A DNA stretch of 62,706 nucleotides, the filler included, from Chiloscyllium plagiosum (lineage: Eukaryota): assembly GCF_004010195.1 (NCBI RefSeq). It is 4 parts of one record of this genome, joined end to end, with 100 filler letters (N's around TTAATTAATTAA, not from the genome) between each part and the next. Parts side by side here need not be neighbours in the genome. Positions count along the whole stretch, not along the records: positions 35,667 to 58,843 come from NC_057715.1; positions 58,944 to 62,706 come from NC_057715.1; 2 more parts are not named here. One strand, given 5' to 3'. Numbering within the stretch: position 1 is the stretch's first letter; each line of letters begins with the position of its first letter. The notes below the pieces were generated by a model, which saw nothing but the letters and a program-made list of their open reading frames with translations, had not been told where the DNA came from and did not search any database. Shown here piece after piece: positions 47,380-59,456 of the stretch. The translations under genes were made by a program, and so were the position numbers.

Positions 47380-48930
47380 ATACAGCCTTTAAAATGTTAA
47401 AAACATTCCAAAACTATTGACATGATCTTTCAAGAACAAATCCTGAAACTAAGGAACACAGGGAGATATGAGGACAAAGACCAAACTCCCCCAAGCAATC
47501 ATTGTTTGAAGCATCTTAAAGGACAAAACTGAGGTCAAAAGGTCAAGATTCTTAGGAAGCAGTTTCCTAAATTTACCCAGAGATGGGGAGGAGGGTAAGG
47601 GCAGATGAGGTGACAGAAATAGTGTGGGGTGTAGGAGTTGGAGGAAGTTGCAGAGATGGGGAGGGTGTTNNNNNNNNNNNNNNNNNNNNNNNAGTGAGAG
47701 GGGGTGGGGGGTGGAGGAGATCACAGAGATAGGGAGGGGATGTAGGGGCTGCAGGAGAGTACAGATATAGGGAGTGGTGTAGGTGCTGGAGGAGATTACA
47801 GGGATAGGGAGGAGTGTAGGGGCTGGTACTGGGGATGGCAGGACTATTCTATGAGGAGAGATTGGTTCACCTGGGCCTATATTCACTGGAGTTTCAAAGG
47901 GATTTGATTGAGACGTTGAAAATTCTGACAGGGCAAGACGGGCAGGAAGGATGTTTCTCCTAGGTGGTAAGTCCAGAGCCAGGGAACACAGTCTCAGGAT
48001 ATTTGGTAGACCATGTTGAACTGAGATGACGAAAACTTCCTTCACTCAAATGTAATGAACCTGTGAATTCTTGACCAAATCTCTCCAGCAACACTGAAGG
48101 CTGTGGATACCAGTTCATTAAATAAATTCAAGAAACAGCTTGATATATTTATTGAATTTAGAGACATCAAGGAACATAGTGAGGAAGTGGGACTATGATA
48201 TGGACGAAGTGGACTAGCCATAATCATATTGAATGGTGGAGCAGGTTCGATGGGCTGAATGGCCTACTCCTGCTCATAGTTTCTGGGGAAGGGTACAGAA
48301 ATGGGGGAGGGGTGAGCAATGAGGGATTTGAAAACAATGGTGCAAATGTTAAATCAGATAGTTCAGTTGGTTAGGTGTGATATTGATGCAAGTGGGAACA
48401 GGGGAATTCTGAATAGCTTTTAACTTTTCAAGGGTAAAATGTGAAAATTTGAAATTATAAACTTGGATTAACAAAGGCCTAACTGAGGGTTTCAGTAGGA
48501 CCTGACTGGAAGCAGGTTTTGCACCATCAAGGGTTACGGAGAGGGAGGGAGGCTCAGGACTCTTAGCCAACATTCTTGCTAAAGCTGCACTCACCTGCTG
48601 CCGCTCCAGTGTTCCTGTGTGGCAGTTGGTTTTGGAAATCACTGCCACACATGGATGTTAGGGGCCCATACAGAACGTCAGAGGGAATTCTGATCTTAGC
48701 AATGGCTTAATGCAGTTCGTTATAACAACAAGGTGCTACACAAAGTTGTTCAGCTTCAGACAGTTGCCAGGGAGAGATATGGAGTGAGTGACAAGGGAAT
48801 GCAGTTTGGACTGAGAACTGAAAACATTAGTCGCAGCCTTTCCAATATTTAATTGGAGGAAATTTGTGCTCATACACCACTGGATGTCAGAAAACTTGTT
48901 ACAGGAGAAAAATCGACAGAGCATGTGACG
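47380..48930 (-). mobile_element. Highly decayed L2 LINE remnant with an internal ~37-bp repeat tract and a nested CR1 3' fragment (about 47850-48280, +)
   Basis: ORF 48736-48924 DIQWCMSTNFLQLNIGK resembles the L2 RT motif WM..NFLQLN..KTE; LKAIQNS. Confidence 0.5.
47670..47692. other. 23-base N gap
   Basis: Visible. Confidence 0.97.
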
Positions 48931-49125
48931 AGTTTGAGTTGTTTACAAATAATAGAAAGGGTCATAGGACTTGAAATGTTTACTCTGCTTTCTCTCCACT
49001 GATGCTGCCAGATCTGCTGAGTCTCTCCAGCATTCTCTGGACTATTCTAATAGAAACTAGGAGCAGGAATGCAGTGTGATATAAATTTGCTATAAATTCT
49101 GTGTTACGATCGAGCCCTCCACAAT

Positions 49126-49160
49126 CACCTGATGAAGGAGTGTCGCTCCGAAAGCTAGTG
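49126..49160 (+). ncRNA. Minimal type I hammerhead ribozyme-like motif (family B, intact) within a PLE terminus at about 49100-49255
   Basis: CAC-CUGAUGA-A-GGAG/ugucg/CUCC-GAAA-GC-UA-GUG: 3-bp stem I, 4-5 bp stem II, palindromic AGCU, predicted cleavage after 49157. Confidence 0.75.
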
Positions 49161-49984
49161 TGCTTCCAATTAAACCTGTTGGACTATAACCTGGTGTTGT
49201 GTGATTTTTAACTTTGTCCACCCCAGTCCAACACCGGCATCTCCGAATCATGACCCTTTAGGTGCAGTTTTTTCACCCATTTACTGCTTCTTCTGGACAT
49301 CATTAGTTGGAAGGTCATGGCCTTCAGATTCAAATCTTTGACTTTTAGGAAACTATCTGCAGGACAACATACCAGCAATTTACCCGCAGGGTGCCTTATT
49401 AAAAGTTAACAAAGCAAACAGGTATTGTTTTTTGTGATTGACAATGAGTAGGATTGCTGTAAATGGCAGAAAAACATTAATGGACCGCTCTGATGGATAA
49501 GTCAGTGCCAAATGGAGTTCAATCCCAAGAAATGTGAGATGAGGTGCTGGGGATGGACAAACAAATTACTGTTAAATTAGATGGAACTGAACCATCACTG
49601 AAAAGGGACATGAGGTCAAAGCTTTCTGCCTTGCACTCCAGGGTTGACACACAAGAAAACCAATTTTGAAAAGGAATAATCATTTATACAGTATGGGAAG
49701 AGGGTGCTGGCGGGTTACACTTTGTTGGCATGGATGCTTAGCAGGAAATTTTCTCAGTGAACTGATTACATTCATACCAGGCAAATTGACTCTGATTAGT
49801 TTGGATTTTAATGGCAATGATCTGTTTAGGAAACAGTAACATTTATTTTTCATGTTAAGTGTGATGATTCGGGGGGTGGACTAACAGAACAAAGCCACAA
49901 TCAACGATAAAATGTACAATGACAGAACAGCAATACAATTTGCAACAAAGGATAGTCTATATTCTAGCATCCAGAATTAACAAA

Positions 49985-50470
49985 GAGTCATAGAGATGTA
50001 CAGCACAGAAACAGAATCCATGCTGACTAGATAACCTAACCTCATCTAGCCCCATTCGCCAGCACTTGGCCCATATCCCTCTAAACCTTTCCTATTCATA
50101 TACCCATCCAGATACCTTTTAAATGTTGCAATTGTAGCAGCCTCCACCACTTCCACTTGCAGCTTATTCCATACACACATCACCCCCTGCATGAAAAAGT
50201 TGCCCTTCAGTTCCCTTTTAAATCTTTCCCCTTTCTCCTTAAAACAATGATCTCTAGTTTTCGTCTCCCCTACACTGGGGAAAAGACCTTGTCCATTCAC
50301 CCTATCCATGCTCCTCATGATTTTATAAACCTGTATAAGGTCACCCCTCAGCCTCCAATGCTCCAGGGAAAACAGCCCCAGCCTATACAAACTCTCCCTA
50401 TAGCTCAAACCCTCCAGCCCTGGCAACATCCTTGTAAATCTTTTCTGAACCCTCTCAAGTTTAACAAAGT
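49985..50470 (-). mobile_element. CR1 LINE 3' end
   Basis: ORF 50046-50429 MLPGLEGLSYRE...LRGDLIQVYKIM...WNKL. Confidence 0.88.
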
Positions 50471-50619
50471 GATCTCACCAATATCCATGCAGCCACAACT
50501 AGAGTGGCAGGAGGCTGTGAACCAGAGAATCAGGTCAGCAAATGGAGGGATTGAGGAGAACATACACGTTGGAGCAGTAAATCAGAAAGGAATGACAAGC
50601 TGAGACAAGTAAATGAACA

Positions 50620-52245
50620 CAATGAGGCTGATGGGCTGAAGTGTGTTTATTTCAACATGAGGAGTATTATAGGTAAGGCAGGTGAGCTTACAGCTTGGAT
50701 CAGTACATGGGATTATGATGTTGTGGCCATTACAGAGACTTGGTTGAGAGAGGGACAGGACTGGCTGTTCAATATTCCAGGGATTTGTTTATTAGACGAG
50801 ACAGAGAGGAAGGTAAAAGAGGTGGAAGAGTTGCATTACTAATCAGGGAGAATGTTACAGTGGCACTCGGATAGGATGTACTGGAGGGCTAATACTCTGA
50901 GGCAGTATGGGTAGATCTCAAAAATAAGATGGGTGTGACTGGATTATACTATAGCTCCCCCCACCCCCACCCCCAAAAGCCACCGAGACATTGAGGAACA
51001 AATATGTCAGCAGATTGTGGAAAGATGCAAATATAACAGGATTGTCTTAGTGAGTGACTTTAATTTCCCCAAAATTGACTGGGATTCCCTTACAGCAAGA
51101 GGCTTAGAGGAGGCAGAATTTGTTAGATGTATCCAAGAGGGTTTCTTGAAAGAGTATGTGGATAGTCCAACTAAAGGAGGAGCCATACTGGACCATGACC
51201 CTGGTCAGGTGACTGACCTTTCAGTGGGAGAGCATTTTGGAAACAGTGATCACAACTCCTTAAGTTTTAAGATAGCTTTGAATAAGGATAGGTCAGGACC
51301 TTGTGGGAAGATACTAAATTGGGGGAAGGCTAATTATGTCAGTATTAGGCAGGAGCGAGGGAATGTTAATTGAGAGGAACTGTTATCAGGCAAGTCCACA
51401 TCTGACAAGAGGAATTGTTTAAAGACCTATTGGTCAGAGTTCAGGACTGGCATGTTCCAGTAAGGAGAAAGGGCAAAGATGGCAAGGTAAGGGGTCCTTG
51501 GATAACGAGGGAGGTTGTGAATTTAGTCAAAATTCATATGTAAGGTTTAGAGACAAAAAAAAAACTGCAGATGCTAGAATGCAAAGTAGTCAAGCAGAAG
51601 GTTGGAAGAACACAGCAAGCCAAGCAGCATCAGAAGTGGAAAAGTCAATGATTTGGGTGTAACCTTTCTTCAGGAATCTTCAGATAGCTAAAATCAGACA
51701 GGACCCATGAGGAATATAAGGAAAGCAGGAAAGAACTCAAGCAGGGAAATAGGAGGATGAGGAGTGGCCATGAAATGACCTTGGCAAGTAGGGTTAAAGA
51801 GAATCCCAAGGTATTCTATACATTAAAAGTAAGAGGATAACTAGGGAGAAGGTAGGATTACTCAAAGATAAAGGAGGCAACTTTTGCATTGGAGGCAGAG
51901 GATGTGGGTGAAATCCTAAATGAGTACTTTGCATCAGTATTCACCCAGGAGAAGGATATTAAGGGTAGTGAGACTAGTGTGGGGCATGCAAATATGCTAG
52001 GAAATTTTGAAGGTGGTGTTGGGTCTCTTGAAGAGCATTAGGGTGGATAAGTTCCCAGGGCCCGATAGTATCTACTCCAGGTTACTAAGAAAGGCAAGAG
52101 AGGAGATTGCTGGGGCCTTGACCAAGATCTTTGTATCCTCGCTAGCCACTGGAGAGGTCCCAGGAGACTGACGAGTAGCTAAATGTTGTTCCTTCATTCA
52201 AGTAGGAAAATAGGGACAATTCAGGAAACTATAAACTGGTCAGTT
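50620..52245 (+). mobile_element. CR1 LINE ORF2 5' half (endonuclease to start of RT), with a PLE-terminus insertion at about 51550-51680
   Basis: YDVVAITETWL, VSDFNFPKIDW, GNSDH, ENPKVFY, YFASVFT. Confidence 0.85.
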
Positions 52246-52249
52246 GAAT

Positions 52250-52491
52250 AAGGAGCTGAAATTGGCCGATGTTAGGGGTAGGTTCTTTACTCAGCGAGTC
52301 GTGAGTTCATGGAATGCCCTGCCAGTAGCAGTGGTGGACTCTCCCTCATTATGGGCATTTAAGCGGGCATTGGATAGGCATATGGAGGATAGTGGGCTAG
52401 TGTAGGTTAGGTTAGGTTAGGCGCAACATCGAGGGCCGAAGGGCCTGTACTGCGCTGTATTCTTCTATGTTCTATGTTCTATGTTCTATGT
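52250..52491 (+). mobile_element. Young CR1 subfamily extreme 3' end with (ttctatg)n tail
   Basis: ttctttactcagcgagtcgtgagttcatggaatgccctgcca (FFTQRVVSSWNALP), gggccgaagggcctgtactgcgctgta, 7-mer tail. Confidence 0.8.
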
Positions 52492-53617
52492 TAGTGAGCA
52501 AAATTAGGGCGCATGGTATTGGGGACAAAATACTGACATGGATTGAAAATTGGTTGGCTGACAGGAAACAAAGAGTTGTGATAAACGGCTCCCTTTCGGA
52601 ATGGCAGGCGGTGACCAGTGGGGTACCGCAGGGATCAGTGCTGGGACCGCAGCTTTTTACAATATACCATTAATGATGGTATTAAAAGTAATATTAGCAA
52701 ATTTGCTGATGATACAAAGCTGGGTGGCAGGGTGAAATGTGAGGAGGATGTTAGGAGATTACAGGGTGACCTAGACAGGCTAGGGGAGTGGACAGATGCA
52801 GTTTAATGTGGATAAATATGTGGTTATCCACTTTGGTGGCAAGAACAGGAAGGCAGATTACTACTTAAATGGAGTCATGTTAGATAAAGGGGCAGTACAA
52901 CGAGATCTAGCTGTTCTTGTACATCAGTCAATGAAAGCAAGCATGCAGGTACAGCAGGCAGTGAAGAAAGCTAATAGCATGCTGGCCTTCATAACAAGAG
53001 GAATTGAGTATTGAAGCAAAGAGGTCCTTCTGCAGCTGTACAGGGCCCTGGTGAGACCGCAGCTGGAATATTGTGTGCAGTTTTGGTCTCCAAATTTGAG
53101 GAAAGACATTCTGGCTATTGAGGGAGTGCAGCGTAGGTTCACAAGGTCAATTCCCGGAATGGCGGGACTATCTTACGCTGAAAGATTGGAGCGACTGGGC
53201 TTGTATACCATTGAGTTTAGAAGGCTGATAGGGGATCTGATTGAGACGTATGATTATTAAAGGATTGGACACTCTGGAGGCAGGAAACATGTTTCCACTG
53301 ATGGTAAGTCCCAAACCAGAGGACACAGTTTAAAAATAAGGTGTAGGCCACTTAGAACAGAGTTGAGGAGAAACTTCTTCACCCAGAGAGTGGTGGGTGT
53401 ATGGAATGCTCTGCCCCAAAGGGCTGTGGAGACCAAGTCTCTGGATACTTTCAAAAAAGAGTTGGATAGAGCTCTTAAGGATAGTGGGATCAAGGGTTAT
53501 GGGGATAAGGCAGGAACAGGATACTGATTGAGGATGATCAGCCATGATCATAATGAATGGTGGTGCTGGCTCGAAGGGCAGAATGGGGCCTACTCCTGCA
53601 CCTATTGTCCATTGTCA
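52492..53617 (+). mobile_element. CR1 LINE RT and 3' end
   Basis: [49 protein letters not shown]. Confidence 0.9.
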
Positions 53618-53719
53618 GTCTCACATCAATGGTTGGGAAACTCTTTGAGAGGATTCTCAGGAATAGGATTTAACTAAAGTCTCTTTATTTGACACTAGTC
53701 CACTGGATTATGTCATCAA

Positions 53720-55260
53720 GTGCATAGGTCCTGCCCTGATTTGCCTGACAAAAATGCAACACCTCACATTTATCTAAATTAAACTCCATCTGCAACTCCT
53801 CAGCCCATTGGCCCATCTGATCAAGGTCTTGTTGTACTCTGAGATAACCTTCTTCACTGTCCATTACACCACCAATTTTGGTGTCTTGTGCAAACTTACT
53901 AACCATGTCTCTTATATTCACATCAAAATCATTTGTATAAATGACAAAAAGCAGTGGACCCAGCACCGATCCTTGCAGCACACTGGATGGACACCAGCCT
54001 CCAGTCCAAAATAAACCTCACTCTGTCTCCTACCTTCAAACCAATTTTATATTCAATTGGCAAGCTCTCCCTGGATTTCAAATGATCTAACTTTGCTAAC
54101 CAGTCTACCATTTGCAACCTTGTCACACGCCTTGCTGACATCCATATAAACAGTGTTTACTACACTGCCTTCATCAATCCTCTTTCTCACTTCTTCAAAA
54201 AACTCAATCAAGTTAGTGAGACACGAGAGGCATTTGGATGGGTATATGAACAGGAAGGGTTTGGACGGATATGGGCCGGGTGCTGGCAGGTGGGACTAGA
54301 TTGGGTTGGGATATCTGGTCAGCATAGATGGGTTGGACCAAAGGGTCTGTTTCCGTGCTGCACATCTCTGTGACTCTATGAGTCTCCCATGTAAAAAAGT
54401 CATGTTGACTTTTTCCAATCACAAAAGCCATGTTGATTTTCCCTAATCAATCCTTGCCTTTCCAAATATATGTAAATCTTATCCCTCAGACTTCCCTTCA
54501 ACAACTTCCCCACCACTGATGTCAGGATCACTGGTCAATAATTCTCTGGTTTTTCTTCTCGCCTTTCTTAATTGCGCATTAGCCACCCTCCAGTCTTCTG
54601 GCACCTCATCCATGGCTGTTGATGATATAAAAATTTCAGCAAAGGACCCAGCAATCATTTCCCTAACTTCCCACAAAGTTGTGGGATACTCCTGGTCAGG
54701 TCTCAGGAATTTATCCACTTTTATGCAACTCCTCCTTTCTAATATGAACACTTTTCATAATATCACTATTTATTTCTCCAAGTTCTCCAGCTTCCATATC
54801 CTTCTCCACAGTAAACACTGATGCAAAATATTCCCTCATCTCCTGAGGTTCCACACATAGGCTACCTTGTTGATCTTTAAGGGGCCCCATTCTGTCTCTA
54901 GTTATTCTTTTGTCCTTGATGTATTTGTAGAATCCCTTTGGATTCTCCTTAACCCTATTTGCCAAAGCTCTGTCATGTCCCCTTTTTGACCTGCTGATTT
55001 CCCTCCTAAGTATACTCCAGCTGCCCCAAACTCCTCTAGAGATTCACTCGATCCCAGCTGTCTATACCTACCATTTGTTTCCTTCTTTTTCTTACCAGTG
55101 CCTCAATTTCTCTAGTCATCCAGTGTTCCCTACACCTACCAGCCTGGCCCTTCCCCCTAGCAGGAACGTACTGCCTCTGAATTCTCATTATTTCATTGTT
55201 GAAGGCCCCTCACTCTCCAACCATCCATTTACCAGTGAATATCCTCACCCAACCAACCTT
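53720..55260 (-). mobile_element. CR1 LINE ORF2 fragments with a small plus-strand CR1 tail inserted (about 54227-54380)
   Basis: QGSVLGPLLFVIY, KENPKGFYKYIK, VPEDWRVAN. Confidence 0.85.
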
Positions 55261-55359
55261 TGTAAACGTAACTGCTGATGGTGATCAAATATTCACAGCA
55301 CGTATCAAATAGCAGGTTTGATCAAGATGTGATGATCTAGCCTTGATCATGTGCCTATT

Positions 55360-57070
55360 AGACAGGAGCAGAAGTAGTTCATTCAGCCTATTGAGTCTTC
55401 TCCACCATTCATGACTGATCTGATAATCCTCAGCTCTACTTTCCTGCCTTTTTCCCATAGCTCTTGATCCTCTCACTGATTGAAAGTTTATCTATCTCGA
55501 CCTTGAACACACCCTCTTTGGTAAAGAATTCTAAGGATTTACTCCTCTCTGAGAGAAGAATTGCCTCCTCATCTCTGCCCTAAAAGGACAGCCCCTTATG
55601 CTGAGAATTTGCCCTCTGTGCCTAAACTCTTCCCCAAGGGGGAACAACCTCTCCACATCTCCCCTCTCAAGTCCCTTGAGAATCTTGTGTGTTTCAATAA
55701 GGTCACCATAGAAACAAACACACAGACAGGGAAGAAGAGTCGGCCACTCAGCCCCTCAAGCCTGCTCCACCATTCAATGAGATCATGGCTGATCCAACAT
55801 TCCTCACTTTCCTGCCCTTTCTCCGTAACCTTTGATAATACTCATCAAGAATCTATCTCTGCCTTTAGTGTACCCAGAGCTCTCTGGAGCAAGGAGTTCC
55901 AAACAGTCACAACCTTCGAATACAAGAAATTCCTCCTCAGCTCAGTCTTAAATTGGTGCCCCTTTATTCTGAGGCTGTACTCTCTGGTCCTAGACTCTCC
56001 CAGGAGGGGAAACACCCTCTGAGCATTGACCCTGTCAAACCCCTTAAGAATCCGATATATTTCAATGAGATCACCTCTCATTCTTTTGCTACAGGGACCA
56101 AAACTGTTCCAGATGTGGTCTCCCCAATACAGTCAGACTTCCCTATTGTTATACTCCAATCCCCTTGAAATAAGAGCCAACATTCCATTAGCCTTCCTGA
56201 TTACCTGTTTCACCTGTGTGCTAGTTGTCTGTGTTTTGTGAACAAAGTATCCCCTAGTCTCTTTGTTCTGTAGCTTCCTGCAATTTTTCTCCATTTAAAT
56301 AATATTCTGGCTTTTTGTTTTCTCTTCCAAAATGAACTTCACATTTTCCCACATTATACTCCATTTGACAACTTTTTGGCCACTTACTTAACTTTTCAAT
56401 ATTCTGTGCAAGCTGTTTGTGTCCCTCTCTCAATTTCCACCTATTTTTGTGTTGTCTGCAAATTTGGCTGCAATGCATTCACTTCCTTCCTCCAAGTCAC
56501 TGAGATATGGTGTATTGAAAGGCTCTGCGTCCACTGCTTTTTGAGGAAAGGAATTTCAAATCTCACAACATTCTGAGAGAAAAAAAATGTTTCCTCACCT
56601 TAGTTTTAAATGGGTAACACCTTATTTTTAAATGATGACCCCTGGTTCAAGATCGCCCCACAAGAGGAAACATCATTTCCACTTCTACCTGGTCAAGAAC
56701 CCTCAGGATTTTAGGATTCAATTAATCATCTGATTTTTCTTCCATATGCCCAGTCTTTTCCCACTCAATTAACCTATCTATATCCCATTGTAAGGTCTTT
56801 ACATCCTCTTCACTTCCTTACTTACCTTTGTGTCATCAAATTTGGCAACCATACCTCCAAAATCTTCATCCAAATCATTTCTATAAATTGTAAGGAGCAG
56901 AAGCCCCAGCCCCAACCCTGTCGCATATCACTCGAGACATGCTGCTCACCTGAAAAAGACCCATCACTCCAACTTGCTGCTTCCCGTTAGTCAGTCAATC
57001 TTCTATCCATGTCAATATGTTACATTTACACTTTTATTTTCCAAATAATGTTTGATGTGGCACCTTGTCA
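55360..57070 (-). mobile_element. Cluster of older CR1 3' fragments
   Basis: MRGDLIEIYRILKG...VWNSL, MEYNVGKCEVHFG. Confidence 0.7.
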
Positions 57071-57074
57071 ACTT

Positions 57075-58065
57075 CAGCCCTCAGCTCTTCTCTTCCTTTC
57101 CACAACAGTGATAGGGTCCCCCTGTCCTCAGTTACCAGCCCACCAGCTTCCACATCCAGAGGATCATTAGCTGCCATTTCCACTACCTCAAGACACATAT
57201 TTCCCTCCCCTCCCTAGTCAGCCTTCTACAGGGACAGTTCCCTCTGGAAGTCCCTGGTTCACTTCTCTTTCACTCCCAACACCACCAACCCTTCAGCCCA
57301 CAGCTCCTTCCCCTGCAACTGCAGAAGATCTAACACCTGCCTATTTACTACCCCTCTCCTCACTATCCAAGGTCCCACACACACTTTCCAAGATGAAGTA
57401 GCGCTTTACCTGCGCTTCTATCAGTCTAGCCTACTGCATTTGCTGCTCTACACTCAAAACCAAACTGTGGACCAAGTGACCACTTCACAGAACATCTACA
57501 TTCTTCCGCAAAATGATCCCGAGCTTTCAGTTGCCTACCACTTTAACACCCCATCCTGTTCCCTGGCCAACATCTCTGCCTCAGGCTTGCTGCAGTGCTC
57601 CAGTGAAGCTCAGCACAAGCTAGAAAAATAGCACCTCATTTTCCGCTTGGGAATTCTGCAGTCTTCTGGACTTAATATCAAATTCAACAAATTTAGGGCT
57701 TCAGCACCCTTCCCCATGCTTTCCCCAATCTCCACACAGGAGGCCTTGTCATCACATGAGCTGCTACCACGCACAGCCCATTGTCAGCTACTAATTAGCA
57801 ACTATTCATTCCCCCAGACTGACCTTTCCTCAATCCTTTGTCTGTCCACCTGTTTTTCTCTCTTTGGTTTCTATTTCCATCTATCATTTATTCTCTTTCT
57901 CTTCCTACCACCCCTGAAAAATCTTCTGTATAAATACCAACTTTTTCCTTGCTACTATCAGTTCTGAAGAAGGGTCACTGGACCCACAACATGAATTCTA
58001 ATTTCTCTCCACAGATGCTGCCAGACTTGCTGAGCTTTTCCAATAATTTCTGTGGAGTTTTTCAG
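57075..58065 (+). mobile_element. Decayed Penelope-like element 3' end: GIY-YIG endonuclease remnant plus terminus with family C hammerhead
   Basis: FPCNCRRSNTC, YCICC, SVAYHFN, KLEK*HLIFRLGILQSSGLNIKF (PLE endonuclease C-terminus); gttCTGAAGAaGGGTCactgGACCCacaac at 57961-57990 with GAAA mutated. Confidence 0.75.
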
Positions 58066-58499
58066 AACCAAGTGTATTTTCTTTGGACTGAGTGTCTCCT
58101 GAATGTCACAATTCACAGATTGCTGACTTCTGAGTGCAAACAATGTTTAGAAAAAGAAGCATTAATCACAGTAGTGTTGGGCGTACAGCAGTGAATGTTC
58201 ACCTCTGCAGCCATTTCCTCAGTGAAAATGTTGTAATTTGGTGATATATTTGAGTCACAAAGATCTACAACACAGACAAAATGGTTGTCAGCTCATTGAG
58301 TCTGCTCCAGTCAAAAACAACCACCAAACTATTCTAATCCCATTTGCTAGCACATGACCCACAGCCTGTGTGTCTTGGCATCACAACTGTACGTCCAAAT
58401 ACTTTCCTCAATCTTCTGACGGTTTCTGCCTCTCCCATCCTCACAGGCAGTGAGTTCCAGATTCCCACCACCTTTGGGTGGAAAAGTGTTTCCTCACAG

Positions 58500-58843
58500 A
58501 GTAACAAAAAGATGGGGTACTGGGCTAATGGTCGGATACTTGGTAGTGTGGATGAGCAGAGGGATCTTGGTGTCCATGTACACAGATCTTTGAAAGTTGC
58601 CACCCAGGTAAATAGTGCGGTGAAGAAGGCATATGGCGTACTGGCTTTTATTGGTAGAGGAATTGAGTTCCGGAGTCCTGAGATCATGTTGCAGTTGTAT
58701 AAGACTCTGGTGCGGCCACATCTGGAGTATTGTGTGCAGTTTTGGTCGCCATACTATAGGAAGGATGTGGAGGCACTGGAACGGGTGCAGAGGAGGTTTA
58801 CCAGGATGTTGCCTGGTATGGTAGGAAGATCGTATGAGGAAAG
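58500..58843 (+). mobile_element. Young CR1 RT C-terminal fragment running into a gap
   Basis: QRDLGVHVH...LYKTLVRPHLEYCVQFWSPYYRKDVEALERVQRRFTRMLPG, uninterrupted. Confidence 0.9.
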
Positions 58844-58943
58844 NNNNNNNNNNNNNNNNNNNNNNNNNNNNNNNNNNNNNNNNNNNNTTAATTAATTAAN
58901 NNNNNNNNNNNNNNNNNNNNNNNNNNNNNNNNNNNNNNNNNNN
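58844..58943. other. Assembly gap spacer N44-TTAATTAATTAA-N44
   Basis: Visible. Confidence 0.97.
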
Positions 58944-58997
58944 GAGTGTGTGTGTGTGTGTGAGTGTGAGTGTGTGTGTGTGTGAGTGTGGGTGTGT

Positions 58998-59027
<30 letters not shown>
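58944..59027. repeat. (GT)n microsatellite
   Basis: Visible. Confidence 0.95.
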
Positions 59028-59028
<1 letters not shown>

Positions 59029-59109
59029 GGGGTGATCCCCCTCTCCAGTCTCCTCACTGTGATATCCGAGAAACAGAACCTTTCTGTGGGGAGTTATTTC
59101 GTTCCCAGG

Positions 59110-59456
59110 GATGGCTGGCGGTGACCGAGTGATATTCCCACAGCCTGTTAGTCCGGAAACCCAGGTCCTGTCCTGGGGATCTGGCTTCGAATCACGGTCC
59201 ATAGTGGAATTTGAATAAAAATCTGGAATTAAGAGTTTAATGATAACCATGAATCTGTTGTCAATTGTCAGAAAATCCCCCCTGGTTCATTGATGCCTTT
59301 TAGAGACGGAAACCACTGTCCACACCTGGTCTGGTCTACATGTGACTCCAGACCCACAGCATCCCTAACTGCCCTCTGGGTCTGGGCAATTAGGGATGGG
59401 CAATAAATACTGGCCTAACCAGTGATACCTTCATCCAGGGAATGAATAAAAAAAAT
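59110..59456 (+). mobile_element. Deu-domain SINE (SacSINE1-like), near full length
   Basis: Degenerate tRNA-like head, Deu core ctggttcattgatgccttttagagacggaaac...ctggtctggtctacatgtgactccagacccacagc, LINE-like tail gggcaattagggatgggcaataaat, A-tail. Confidence 0.7.
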
